This document shows, piece after piece, positions 26,533 to 33,878 of a DNA stretch of 34,519 nt. Source of the DNA: a virus (taxonomy: Duplodnaviria > Caudoviricetes); the IMG/VR virus record IMGVR_UViG_3300022936_000022, positions 1 to 34,519 of that record; one strand, written 5' to 3'. Under the pieces are notes generated by a model. It searched no databases. It had not been told where the DNA came from and saw only the letters and a list, made by a program, of their open reading frames with translations. The first letter of the stretch is position 1. The number at the start of each line of letters is the position of its first letter. Position numbers and translations under genes: made by a program.

Positions 26533-26903
26533 GGCATGGCCTTCCCGATTTCAGAGGCTGCGCGGACGATTGCGCGGCGGGTGGCTGCGGCTTGATCCTG
26601 TCCGGCATACAGCGACCCCACGCAAAAAGCGGCTGGCACGTCCGGCTCATGCCAAGCGCGGGCGATTACAACGTCATTTGCGGTTTCGGGGTGCGCATTT
26701 TTGAATGCGAGCGAGATCCTGAGGCTCACAGCCAGCCGCAGCGCATCGCCGTCATCGGTGAGCGGATTCCAGCCTTCCCCGGAAATTGGGCTCTGGCCGC
26801 GCAGAGCGAAGTAGCCCGGCTCATCGCCTAGCGTCACCCATGCGTCAATGTCAACGCCAGCAGCCTTCGCCGCCAACTCCAGCAATTCACGGTCAGTGGT
26901 CAT
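26529..26903 (-). CDS. Hypothetical protein, TDRELLE/WNPL.DDGDALRLAV family, copy 1
   Basis: AAGGA RBS before ATG 26903; paralog of 31588..31932. Confidence 0.8.
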   Translation of the reverse strand: MTTDRELLELAAKAAGVDIDAWVTLGDEPGYFALRGQSPISGEGWNPLTDDGDALRLAVSLRISLAFKNAHPETANDVVIARAWHEPDVPAAFCVGSLYAGQDQAAATRRAIVRAASEIGKAMP

Positions 26904-27387
26904 GGTTTGCATCCTTCATTGCAGCGATCTTTCGTTCGAGATACTTGCGCAGCGGCATGGGGGCGTGATCAACATCGACATGACCTGCCCACCAGTCGGC
27001 CTCATCCAGAAGCTCGTTGATAAATTCCGGAGTTGCCCCCATAGGAGCGGCTGGCTGTGGTGGGGTGGCGTAGAGCGGGCGCACGGTCAAGGCGGCCTGA
27101 TCGCACTCTGCGTACATGCTCTTGTCGGCCTCTGCCGATTGCAGCGACTCGCTGACCGGGAATTGAAGACTTTCGGTCCCGTCGATCTGCCAGAAAACGC
27201 CGAACGCTACCGGCTCCGCTCCCCCTGCCCCTTGAGCAGCTAGGCGCTCTACTTCTGCGCGGAGGGCTTCCAACGCCGCTACATCACGGCTCCGTCCTGA
27301 CTTGTGGGCGCGCTCGATCAGCGGCTTGATGATGCGAACCACGCTATCAACGGAGGCTTCCCCCGAAGTGCTGTTTTCGTTGCTCAT
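26893..27387 (-). CDS. Hypothetical early protein (EPVA...RPLY module)
   Basis: AAGGA RBS before ATG 27387; AEPVA and VRPLYATPPQP motifs common in lambdoid Ea-region proteins. Confidence 0.7.
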   Translation of the reverse strand: MSNENSTSGEASVDSVVRIIKPLIERAHKSGRSRDVAALEALRAEVERLAAQGAGGAEPVAFGVFWQIDGTESLQFPVSESLQSAEADKSMYAECDQAALTVRPLYATPPQPAAPMGATPEFINELLDEADWWAGHVDVDHAPMPLRKYLERKIAAMKDANHDH

Positions 27388-27818
27388 TTCTGGTCCTTTG
27401 TAGGGGCGGAGGGAAGGGGCGTGCATTTGGCTGCCGCCTCGGCAATGGCCTCAGGAAGCGTTGCGCCCTCGCCGCTGACAAACAACGCGACGGCCTCCTT
27501 TTCTTCGTCAGACAGTGACTTTTGCCATCTCCGCGAATCGTCGGCATCGCGGACCAGCATTGCGCTTCCGTACTTCGACATGCCAGCCGCATGCAGCGAG
27601 AAGTCCACCATGTAAAGTTTCCAACCCTCAGGCACCGCCCCTACAGCTTGGGTCTGCGCAACAGCGGAGAGAGCGGATTCGATTGCGCGTGCGAATGCGA
27701 TGCTGTCAGCGTAGGGCTTGCTGGCATCGACGTTACCGAAGCGGCCCACTTGTTCTTTGCGAATGGCGATGATCTGTTCGTCGGTCATCGCTGCGCGCTC
27801 ACTGCTGTTCTCCATCAT
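27384..27818 (-). CDS. Hypothetical early protein
   Basis: MTDEQI...FARAIE and VPEGWKL modules; AAGGAG RBS; exact start uncertain (27821/27818/27815). Confidence 0.7.
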   Translation of the reverse strand: MMENSSERAAMTDEQIIAIRKEQVGRFGNVDASKPYADSIAFARAIESALSAVAQTQAVGAVPEGWKLYMVDFSLHAAGMSKYGSAMLVRDADDSRRWQKSLSDEEKEAVALFVSGEGATLPEAIAEAAAKCTPLPSAPTKDQK

Positions 27819-27970
27819 CACTCTCCTTGTTGGTTACGAAGCCGAGCCAGCAGCCCATCTGCCTCGGCGAACTCTTGCGCTGCATGGCGCTTTACACCCT
27901 CTGGCGTGTACTTGTCCGCATAGTCCAGCATGAGCAGGAGTAGGCGGATTTCGTCTTGGGTCAGTGGCAT
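27818..27970 (-). CDS. Hypothetical 50-aa protein (not in ORF track)
   Basis: MPLTQDEIRLLLLMLDYADKYTPEGVKRHAAQEFAEADGLLARLRNQQGE*; fills the gap and overlaps the next start. Confidence 0.6.
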   Translation of the reverse strand: MPLTQDEIRLLLLMLDYADKYTPEGVKRHAAQEFAEADGLLARLRNQQGE

Positions 27971-28004
27971 GGCTGGATACTGCGCCAGTTAACTTACGAG
28001 CGGC

Positions 28005-28874
28005 TTACTTCACGTTAACAAAAGGGACTGGCGCAGAGCCAAGCATTTGCTGTGGCAACTTGCCATCCCACTTTGCGATTGCTTGCAGTTGGACGTAGCC
28101 AACACCGCCTTGCTTTTCGACGGCAGCCGCTTGGATGGCGATGGCCTTTGCCTCCCCCTCAGCCTGCGCAACCCGTGCTTCCGCCTCAAACTTCGCCTTT
28201 TCTAGATTGCGCTTGGCAGTTTCCGCCTTCTGGCTGGCTGTCACCTTTTCTTCAATGGCGGCATCAAAAGATTTGCTGAATCCGAAGTTGACAAGGTTCA
28301 CCGATTGAACCGTCAGGTGGAACGGGGCCAGTTTGGAATTCAGCGTCTTGCTGATGGTGTCGCTTACCTCTTGGCGTTTGGTAATCAACTCTTCCGCCGT
28401 GTAGTGTGAAACAACGCTCTTGAATACCTCGTATGCAGCGGGCACCACATAGGCGGCCTCGTACTGCAAAGATGGATTGAGGATGAAGATTTCCTTCGCC
28501 TTTCCGGGGTCGGTGCGATAGTTGACCGTCAGCGTCGAATGAACGGATTGCAGATCGCGGCTACCAGCTTCCGCTTTGTTTGCAGCGGCCACATCGACGC
28601 CGGTAAACACTTGGTGGACATTGGACACGGGAAGGATGAAATGCGCTCCTTCGCTAAGCGTCTTGCCACTGATCTTGCCAAACGTGGTGACGATGCCAAT
28701 ATGGGACGGCGCTACCTGCGTGAAGCTGGCGAATGCCACACAGACGACCGCTAACACCAAGGCCGTCAGAGCGCCGAATCGTGGCAGTTTGCGTTCCTCT
28801 GGCGCAAAGACGATTGGGACCACAGCGAATGCCAGCACAGCCAGCGCGAACAGAAAAATTGCAGTTGTCAGCAT
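28005..28874 (-). CDS. SPFH/Band-7 (prohibitin-like) membrane protein
   Basis: Two N-terminal TM segments, V...H.GIV..FG, SRDLQ.V, YTAEELITKR, AIE.KV.A.Q.A, A.GEA.A, KWDGKLP; GGAGA RBS. Confidence 0.93.
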   Translation of the reverse strand: MLTTAIFLFALAVLAFAVVPIVFAPEERKLPRFGALTALVLAVVCVAFASFTQVAPSHIGIVTTFGKISGKTLSEGAHFILPVSNVHQVFTGVDVAAANKAEAGSRDLQSVHSTLTVNYRTDPGKAKEIFILNPSLQYEAAYVVPAAYEVFKSVVSHYTAEELITKRQEVSDTISKTLNSKLAPFHLTVQSVNLVNFGFSKSFDAAIEEKVTASQKAETAKRNLEKAKFEAEARVAQAEGEAKAIAIQAAAVEKQGGVGYVQLQAIAKWDGKLPQQMLGSAPVPFVNVK

Positions 28875-28960
28875 CAGAATCTCCAGTTGTTGAGTTTTTA
28901 TGTTGCGCCTGTAGGCTTTCGAGAAACTTACAAACGCATCGCATAGGGTTTGTCCCTATC

Positions 28961-29034
28961 AAAAAGGTGGGCAGGTCGGCTTGCCACTTGGCCGAGTCTT
29001 TCGCGGGGAGATGGACTTCCGACACTTCCTGCCC
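28961..29034 (-). ncRNA. Candidate three-way-junction RNA (c4-antisense-like shape) followed by a U tract
   Basis: Minus strand: GGGCAG(G)..GTCGG / CCGAC-CTGCCC outer stem, inner AGTC/GACT and GCC/GGC stems, then ACC TTTTT. Confidence 0.5.
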
Positions 29035-29041
29035 GTATTCT

Positions 29042-29245
29042 TTATGCCTCTAGGCGCTTCCTGATTAGCCACGCCCTGCGAGACTCTGCATTCGTTCTGG
29101 GGCGCACGCCAAGTTGCTTCAAAGCGGTTCTGACGGCAGAGCGGCTATGCCCCACGGCTGCGGCTATCTGAGGCTGAGAGTAGCCCGCCGTGTACATCTG
29201 AACGGCCACCTTAGCTTGCGGCATCTTCATTACGCTAGCGGGCAT
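29042..29245 (-). CDS. HTH DNA-binding protein
   Basis: MY.AGYSQPQIAAAVGHSRSAVRTALKQLGV.PR classic HTH; start uncertain (29245, 29230 or 29224). Confidence 0.75.
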   Translation of the reverse strand: MPASVMKMPQAKVAVQMYTAGYSQPQIAAAVGHSRSAVRTALKQLGVRPRTNAESRRAWLIRKRLEA

Positions 29246-29882
29246 CGGGAACCCCGCAGCGGTTTTTAATGTTGAGCAGCGTTGCGTCAACCAAGGTCAG
29301 AAATTCGCTGCGCCGCTGGTTAAGCATTCGTATTTCCTCGGCGTAGTCGTGCAGCCAGAGCCGGAATGTAAAAAGCTGATGATCTTGCGGGAAGTCGGAG
29401 CAGTAGCTACAGAAGTCCACCCAATCACGGCCAGTACAGTCAAGATGCCCGATTAGTTGCCACTTGTAGGCCGGGTCATAGCTGTTGCGCAGAATGCTGG
29501 CATAGTGCGTGCTGGCGATAACGGCCTTTACCTCCAGCGCCCCATCTTTGTCTACCAGACCATCGGGGGAGTCACCCCAATCGCCGCAGTCAAAGAATCC
29601 GCCGTTAGTAACCGTGCAGAATCTCTCGTCTGCGTACAACATCTTCGCTACCGGCTCCTGCTCATGGCCGCGCTCAGTATGGTCGTTGGAGAAACTGAAC
29701 TCAGCCTTCTTACCTGTCAGTCGTTCAAGGGCCAGTTGTAGGGCGTACCGCTTGGCGGGCTCTCCAAAGGCAGAGCCATAGTTAGCCATGAAGCATCCGA
29801 AGCTGGACGCAGTAGGCTTGCCAAGGCGCAACGCAGCCCACTCGTCGCTATTCTGCTCAACATCATAGAACTTAGTCGGCAT
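29235..29882 (-). CDS. YqaJ / lambda-exonuclease family recombination nuclease
   Basis: VEQNSDEW..LRLGK.TAS, G.EQEP.A, SPDGLV, LEVK, Y.WQ..G.L..TGR.W.DF.SY. Confidence 0.93.
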   Translation of the reverse strand: MPTKFYDVEQNSDEWAALRLGKPTASSFGCFMANYGSAFGEPAKRYALQLALERLTGKKAEFSFSNDHTERGHEQEPVAKMLYADERFCTVTNGGFFDCGDWGDSPDGLVDKDGALEVKAVIASTHYASILRNSYDPAYKWQLIGHLDCTGRDWVDFCSYCSDFPQDHQLFTFRLWLHDYAEEIRMLNQRRSEFLTLVDATLLNIKNRCGVPDAR

Positions 29883-30420
29883 TCGGTTCCTCCGGCACAG
29901 CGGGCCGCTCAGGCGGCAACGTACACTCAGCGATCAACTGCGCTTCGTGGTCTTCGGACAGATCCATCCGGGCCAGGATCGCGTCAAGATTGCCATCGCG
30001 CTTATAGGCCGCTTTGGCGTTGTCCCATGCCTTCGCGTTGTCAGGCGTAAGAAGTCGTCGCGTAGGGGCTTGAGGGCTGATGCGCAGACCTTCCATCGTC
30101 TCTTTGCCGAACTTGACGTTCTTGTCAACGTAGACCGTAATCGCCACGTTGTTCCAATCATCAATGAATGCCGATCCGGTAAGCGACTTCATGGTCTTAC
30201 TGTTGGTGGCGTTAAGAATCATGGGCTTCAATGGCTCGCCTGGGCGAATCTCACGCTGAACAAAGAATGCGGTGTTGAATCGGTCCTTCGTTTTTTTCGT
30301 CTTGTCGCCCTCAAGCCTGACAAACTTCACGGTCAGGACGGTCGGCTCAACAATGTCGGCGCTTGATAGATAAGGCGAATCGAACGCCTTGCGGAAGTGG
30401 GTTTTTCCTTCGTCGCTCAC
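29872..30420 (-). CDS. Putative ssDNA-binding/annealing partner of the exonuclease
   Basis: KTHFRK..DSPYL, KPMILNATN.K, IDDW....IT.Y, GLRI; sits at the bet/erf position directly upstream of the exonuclease. Confidence 0.65.
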   Translation of the reverse strand: MSDEGKTHFRKAFDSPYLSSADIVEPTVLTVKFVRLEGDKTKKTKDRFNTAFFVQREIRPGEPLKPMILNATNSKTMKSLTGSAFIDDWNNVAITVYVDKNVKFGKETMEGLRISPQAPTRRLLTPDNAKAWDNAKAAYKRDGNLDAILARMDLSEDHEAQLIAECTLPPERPAVPEEPNAD

Positions 30421-30707
30421 GGATAGCTCCTTTGCGTCCGCGCATCCAACTCCACCGGCTCACTGAAACTTCCCGGCAATCCTTCCTCCGGCGCATCGTC
30501 TGCCATGTCGTCGTCCATTGAACACAGCGCACCGTCTAGCGGCTCGCACCATGCTTTCAGGCGTTGATCGGTGCTGTTTGAATCGACGGCTGAGCGCACG
30601 CAACACAGAATCGAGTAAAGCTCGTTTGCCTCATGGATGCGTAAGGCGTGGATTTGGCGGCGAACGTCGTCTAGGGCGGATTGGCGGTTTGTGCGGGTCA
30701 TCTTCAT
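30417..30707 (-). CDS. Hypothetical protein with acidic C-terminus
   Basis: AAGGAG RBS; GTGA coupling to the downstream gene. Confidence 0.7.
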   Translation of the reverse strand: MKMTRTNRQSALDDVRRQIHALRIHEANELYSILCCVRSAVDSNSTDQRLKAWCEPLDGALCSMDDDMADDAPEEGLPGSFSEPVELDARTQRSYP

Positions 30708-30743
30708 TCTCCTTAGTTTCGTTTAGACATTTAAGGCAAGTGC

Positions 30744-30986
30744 CTACAAGGCGGTCATTCTGCGGATTCTTTCCGCGCAATCTCGTGCCGCAAGAGTTCC
30801 GCTAGGCCGATACCCGGCGTAGTTGCTGGCCTCGATATCGTCTGCGATCAATGCGCAGCGTTCACGCTCGTTCGCCAGTTGCTTGTCAAACCAAGTCTCC
30901 AATGCGTCCCACGCAACTTGCACTTCTTGCGGATGTACGGCCAGCCGGTAGTTCAGAGCATGCAGGTGAAGATCACTATCATCCAT
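30744..30986 (-). CDS. Hypothetical protein (ERERCA...A..IR motif)
   Basis: AGGAG RBS; common small phage protein motif. Confidence 0.7.
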   Translation of the reverse strand: MDDSDLHLHALNYRLAVHPQEVQVAWDALETWFDKQLANERERCALIADDIEASNYAGYRPSGTLAARDCAERIRRMTAL

Positions 30987-31009
30987 GTATAACTCCTGTT
31001 TTAATAAAG

Positions 31010-31368
31010 AATGCTTCTTGGTGAACGGCGGAGTGGGCGGAGCAAAGCCAACCCTGTTAAGGGTTAACTAGCTTCAATGCTTCCCGGAGCCACAGCATCA
31101 GGGCATCGCTGGAGTCGATCTAAGGCGCTCCAGTTGGAATCCTTCTGCCGTCCTTGAACGACACCCACGGGCGATTCCATTACGCCAAAACCCGTCACGC
31201 TCCATGTGCCTGTTGGAGCCTTGATACCGCTGCACAGTCGTCCCACAGCGGCCAGAATGCAGAAAGCCCGTTAGGTTTTCTACTCTCTGCTTGGCGGCGT
31301 GACCCATTTCTGGGCCAGAGAGTAGAAGCCTAACGGGCCTCTTACCGTCACGCCGCCAAGCGATGACA
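31010..31368 (-). ncRNA. Candidate large structured ncRNA / regulatory leader
   Basis: Crossed 15-bp and ~20-bp complementarities followed by at least six further hairpins; no convincing ORF; own promoter. Ends approximate. Confidence 0.65.
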
Positions 31369-31374
31369 GGAGAA

Positions 31375-31402
31375 ATATTAGCACAGCCAACGAGGTTTGC
31401 AA
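31375..31402 (-). promoter_or_regulatory. Sigma70 promoter heading the structured RNA
   Basis: Minus strand TTGCAA, 16 nt ending in TGTGC (extended -10 TGn), TAATAT; predicted +1 near 31368. Confidence 0.6.
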
Positions 31403-31408
31403 GACCGT

Positions 31409-31591
31409 TCATCGGAGCCACATCACAGCTTCATCCAGAACCACCCAAGCCCCAAGCAGAGCAAGGCCGCCTACAACGAGAATTCCTAGCAGTCCAGCAA
31501 GCCCAGCCCATAGACCGCTAGTGTTCTCTTCCTCTGGCAGGCAGCAAGCAGCAGGAGCAGGGCATTTGTTGCGGCAGGTGGAGCAGGTCAT
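31409..31591 (-). CDS. Small Cys-rich protein with C-terminal TM helix
   Basis: MTCSTCRNKCPAPAACC...LWAGLAGLLGILVVGGLALLGAWVVL; ATGA coupling. Confidence 0.7.
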   Translation of the reverse strand: MTCSTCRNKCPAPAACCLPEEENTSGLWAGLAGLLGILVVGGLALLGAWVVLDEAVMWLR

Positions 31592-31932
31592 GGCATGGCC
31601 TTTCCGATTTCTACGGCGGTCCGGACGATAGCGCGGCGCGTTGCGGCGTAGGCGTCGCCATCGCCCCACTCGCCCAAGCTGTGGGTTTTATTCAACCAAG
31701 AAGCGCGAGCAAGCGACTTCCCGACCACGTCCGGAAGTTCAGGTCCAACGCTGATCCCCAGCTTCACAGCCAGCCGCAGCGCATCGCCGTCATCGCGCAA
31801 CGGATTCCACACGCCGCCATCGGGATCGTCGTTGCGAATTCCCCATACGTCAGGCGTTATGTCCCACTCGTGCCAAACGGGATTCATGCCGATGGCTCTT
31901 GCCGCAGCTTCCAGCAATTCACGATCAGTCAT
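31588..31932 (-). CDS. Hypothetical protein, TDRELLE/WNPL.DDGDALRLAV family, copy 2
   Basis: Paralog of 26529..26903; ATGA coupling. Confidence 0.8.
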   Translation of the reverse strand: MTDRELLEAAARAIGMNPVWHEWDITPDVWGIRNDDPDGGVWNPLRDDGDALRLAVKLGISVGPELPDVVGKSLARASWLNKTHSLGEWGDGDAYAATRRAIVRTAVEIGKAMP

Positions 31933-32090
31933 TGCAACACCCCCGCAACAACAGCAGCAATGAAGCCAGCAGCACAACCCCACCAGAAAGAGGCAGGGTA
32001 GGGCCTAGCAGGACGCTCCAGAGCGCAGGCATAGTCGCAGTGCTTGGGGAACGCCAAGACGCTAGAACGGTTGTAGCAGCGGGTTTGCAT
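31929..32090 (-). CDS. Small protein with C-terminal TM helix
   Basis: MQTRCYNRS...AF....YACALER...FWWGCAAGFIAAVVAGVLQ; AAGGA RBS. Confidence 0.65.
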   Translation of the reverse strand: MQTRCYNRSSVLAFPKHCDYACALERPARPYPASFWWGCAAGFIAAVVAGVLQ

Positions 32091-32118
32091 TAGGATTCCT
32101 TTGGTTGGTGTTTGGCGG

Positions 32119-32433
32119 TCATGGCTGGGCTCCAGTGGCCTTGGCGATGGCCGCCAGTGCTTTGCGGTGCAGATACGGGACGACATTGGAATGCACGCCG
32201 TCTGCAGCGATCTCGTGCAGGACCTCCAGCAGGTCAGGAGCGGCGGCGATCAATTTTGCGTTGGCTCGCGTCTCGACTGCTTCCCTAGCGTGCACGCCTT
32301 CGTGATCCGGCGTCAACACGTTGGCGACTTTGTAACGCCCGCCCAGGCGAGTTCCTCGGATGCGGATGTATGGCCTATCAACTTCCTCCGGCATCGTGGC
32401 CCACGGCCCCGGCGTATGCTTGTTTTCGCTCAT
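32119..32433 (-). CDS. KHTPGPW...ANA.LIAAAPDLLE family protein, first gene of the left arm
   Basis: Characteristic motifs; AGGAG RBS before ATG 32433. Confidence 0.8.
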   Translation of the reverse strand: MSENKHTPGPWATMPEEVDRPYIRIRGTRLGGRYKVANVLTPDHEGVHAREAVETRANAKLIAAAPDLLEVLHEIAADGVHSNVVPYLHRKALAAIAKATGAQP

Positions 32434-32566
32434 CTTCACTCCTGTTAGTTAATCATCGTCTCCAGCATCAGTACAAAGCACCTCAAGCGCCCTAGGCCGT
32501 CCCTTTGGGCTTATCGCGGCTGGTATCGGTAGCTGCGGCTCGTATCGCTGGAGTGGCGATGTGGTT

Positions 32567-32595
32567 AATGTAGTCGTAACCCCGAACTATTGCAA
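32567..32595 (-). promoter_or_regulatory. Leftward early promoter (PL-like) with operator in the spacer
   Basis: Minus strand TTGCAA, 17 nt, TACATT; spacer holds AGTCG-N6-CGAAC (32572-32587). Confidence 0.75.
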
Positions 32596-32632
32596 GCGAT
32601 ATTCGCAGCGTAGGTGTAAACGATATGTGTAG

Positions 32633-32661
32633 TTGACTTGTTCACAAAGCCGAACTATTAT
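32633..32661 (+). promoter_or_regulatory. Rightward early promoter (PR-like) with operator in the spacer
   Basis: TTGACT, 17 nt, TATTAT; spacer holds GTTCA-N6-CGAAC (32640-32655); ATG 6 nt downstream. Confidence 0.8.
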
Positions 32662-32667
32662 GGCGGC

Positions 32668-32871
32668 ATGAACTGGAAAACACTTCTGTCTGAGCTTAGC
32701 GAGCGGATGACATTGCAGGAAATCGCTGACGGCTGTGGCCTCGCCTCTAAGGGCCACGTTCACGACTTGAAGACGGGGCGACAGAAGACGGTCGCCTTTG
32801 AAGCTGGTCAATCAATCGTGGCGCTGCACAAGAAGATGATGCGCCGCAAACACAAAGGAGATAAGACATGA
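32668..32871 (+). CDS. Cro-like XRE/HTH regulator, probably leaderless
   Basis: MNWKTLLSEL...MTLQEIADGCGLASKGHVHDLKTGR....FEAG..IVALH; no RBS, start at the predicted +1. Confidence 0.85.
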   Translation: MNWKTLLSELSERMTLQEIADGCGLASKGHVHDLKTGRQKTVAFEAGQSIVALHKKMMRRKHKGDKT

Positions 32872-33119
32872 AAAAGGTAAGCGCAGGCGTCGATGTTGAG
32901 CGCATCGTCTGGCATACGGATGGCGAGAATTTGCACGTTACGCCGTGGCCTGAAGATCCGGGATATGTCCACCTATGCACCCGCACCCCTGAGCAAGAGA
33001 CCTATTGGGGAAAGGTTAGCCTCCCGATGCCGCCTGAGCTGGCCCGCACTCTCGGCAAGGCGCTGATCGCCTGCGCTGATGAGCAAGAAGCCGAACAACA
33101 ACCCAAGGAGCCCCAATGA
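32868..33119 (+). CDS. Hypothetical protein
   Basis: AAGGAG RBS; ATGA coupling. Confidence 0.75.
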   Translation: MKKVSAGVDVERIVWHTDGENLHVTPWPEDPGYVHLCTRTPEQETYWGKVSLPMPPELARTLGKALIACADEQEAEQQPKEPQ

Positions 33120-33439
33120 CAACCCGACACCCGCAAGCAGACATTCTTGAGGCGATTGCCGCTGGTAAGCAGTGCCAATATGTGCACCGATCCTCCCTCT
33201 TAGGCTGGGTAGACGGCGGCGCTCCAGAGATTCTGCCCCTCTTGGTTGGGGACACAGATTATTACGTTCGCGTAAAGCCTGACCGGGAGCCTGATGTTGT
33301 GATGTACACGCCGATCAGTATGCAAACGGCCTATGACGATAACGTGTACTTTGAGGCGCACCAGACGTCCCGGGATTCACTGAAGCTCACCTTCGACGCC
33401 GAAACCGGCAAGCTCATCTCTGCTGAGGTGATCGAATGA
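33116..33439 (+). CDS. Hypothetical protein
   Basis: H..A....A.A.G...Q ... Y.VKP ... LKLTFD.ETGKL.SAEV pattern; AAGGAG RBS. Confidence 0.75.
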   Translation: MTTRHPQADILEAIAAGKQCQYVHRSSLLGWVDGGAPEILPLLVGDTDYYVRVKPDREPDVVMYTPISMQTAYDDNVYFEAHQTSRDSLKLTFDAETGKLISAEVIE

Positions 33440-33657
33440 ACATCCAAGACTTGACGCCGGATCAGCCTGACGATGCAAGGGATGCGGCGCGGTATCGCAA
33501 GCTTCGCGGGTGGATGAGCAGCAATGTAGAGCAAGGATGGTCCAAGGTGGAGGAACTTGGCGCTATTGCCGCCTGGATGGGCTGGGACGACTTCGATGAA
33601 AGTTTGGATTCGCTGGGCGAGTGCAATTGCGGCTTGATGGAGGAATCCCCCCAATGA
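33436..33657 (+). CDS. Hypothetical protein (DAARYR.LR motif)
   Basis: GAGGTG RBS; ATGA coupling. Confidence 0.7.
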   Translation: MNIQDLTPDQPDDARDAARYRKLRGWMSSNVEQGWSKVEELGAIAAWMGWDDFDESLDSLGECNCGLMEESPQ

Positions 33658-33878
33658 GCGCCTTCGATTACTCCGGCCCCTCAACCATTGGGGCAAGCGA
33701 TCACTACAAGCCACGCGGCAAACGAGGTCAATCCCGTAGCCAGCTAGCAGCGAATCTCCCCTCGCTTGTCGGCTTGGTGACTCCAGTTAACCACCGTAGA
33801 AGCATCTCCTTCGGCAAGGCCGAGGATGCAATCAAGACGGCGAAGATTCTTGGTAAACCACTTAAGGAGGTGAGATGA
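33654..33878 (+). CDS. Hypothetical protein
   Basis: GGAGG RBS before ATG 33654 (MSAFDY...). Confidence 0.65.
   Translation: MSAFDYSGPSTIGASDHYKPRGKRGQSRSQLAANLPSLVGLVTPVNHRRSISFGKAEDAIKTAKILGKPLKEVR

Noticed and set aside
31064-31421. ORFs 31098..31421 and 31064..31246 as proteins
   Set aside because: No RBS or recognisable composition, and they run through long perfect inverted repeats; an RNA explanation fits better, though translation is not excluded.
31085-31422. CGGAGCCACA repeated at 31085-31094 and 31413-31422
   Set aside because: Only 10 bp with one copy inside a coding 3' end; compatible with chance.
32445-32500. Hammerhead ribozyme in the PL leader (CTGATG on the minus strand)
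   Set aside because: CTGATG is followed by C rather than A, and there is no GAAA core or flanking stems.
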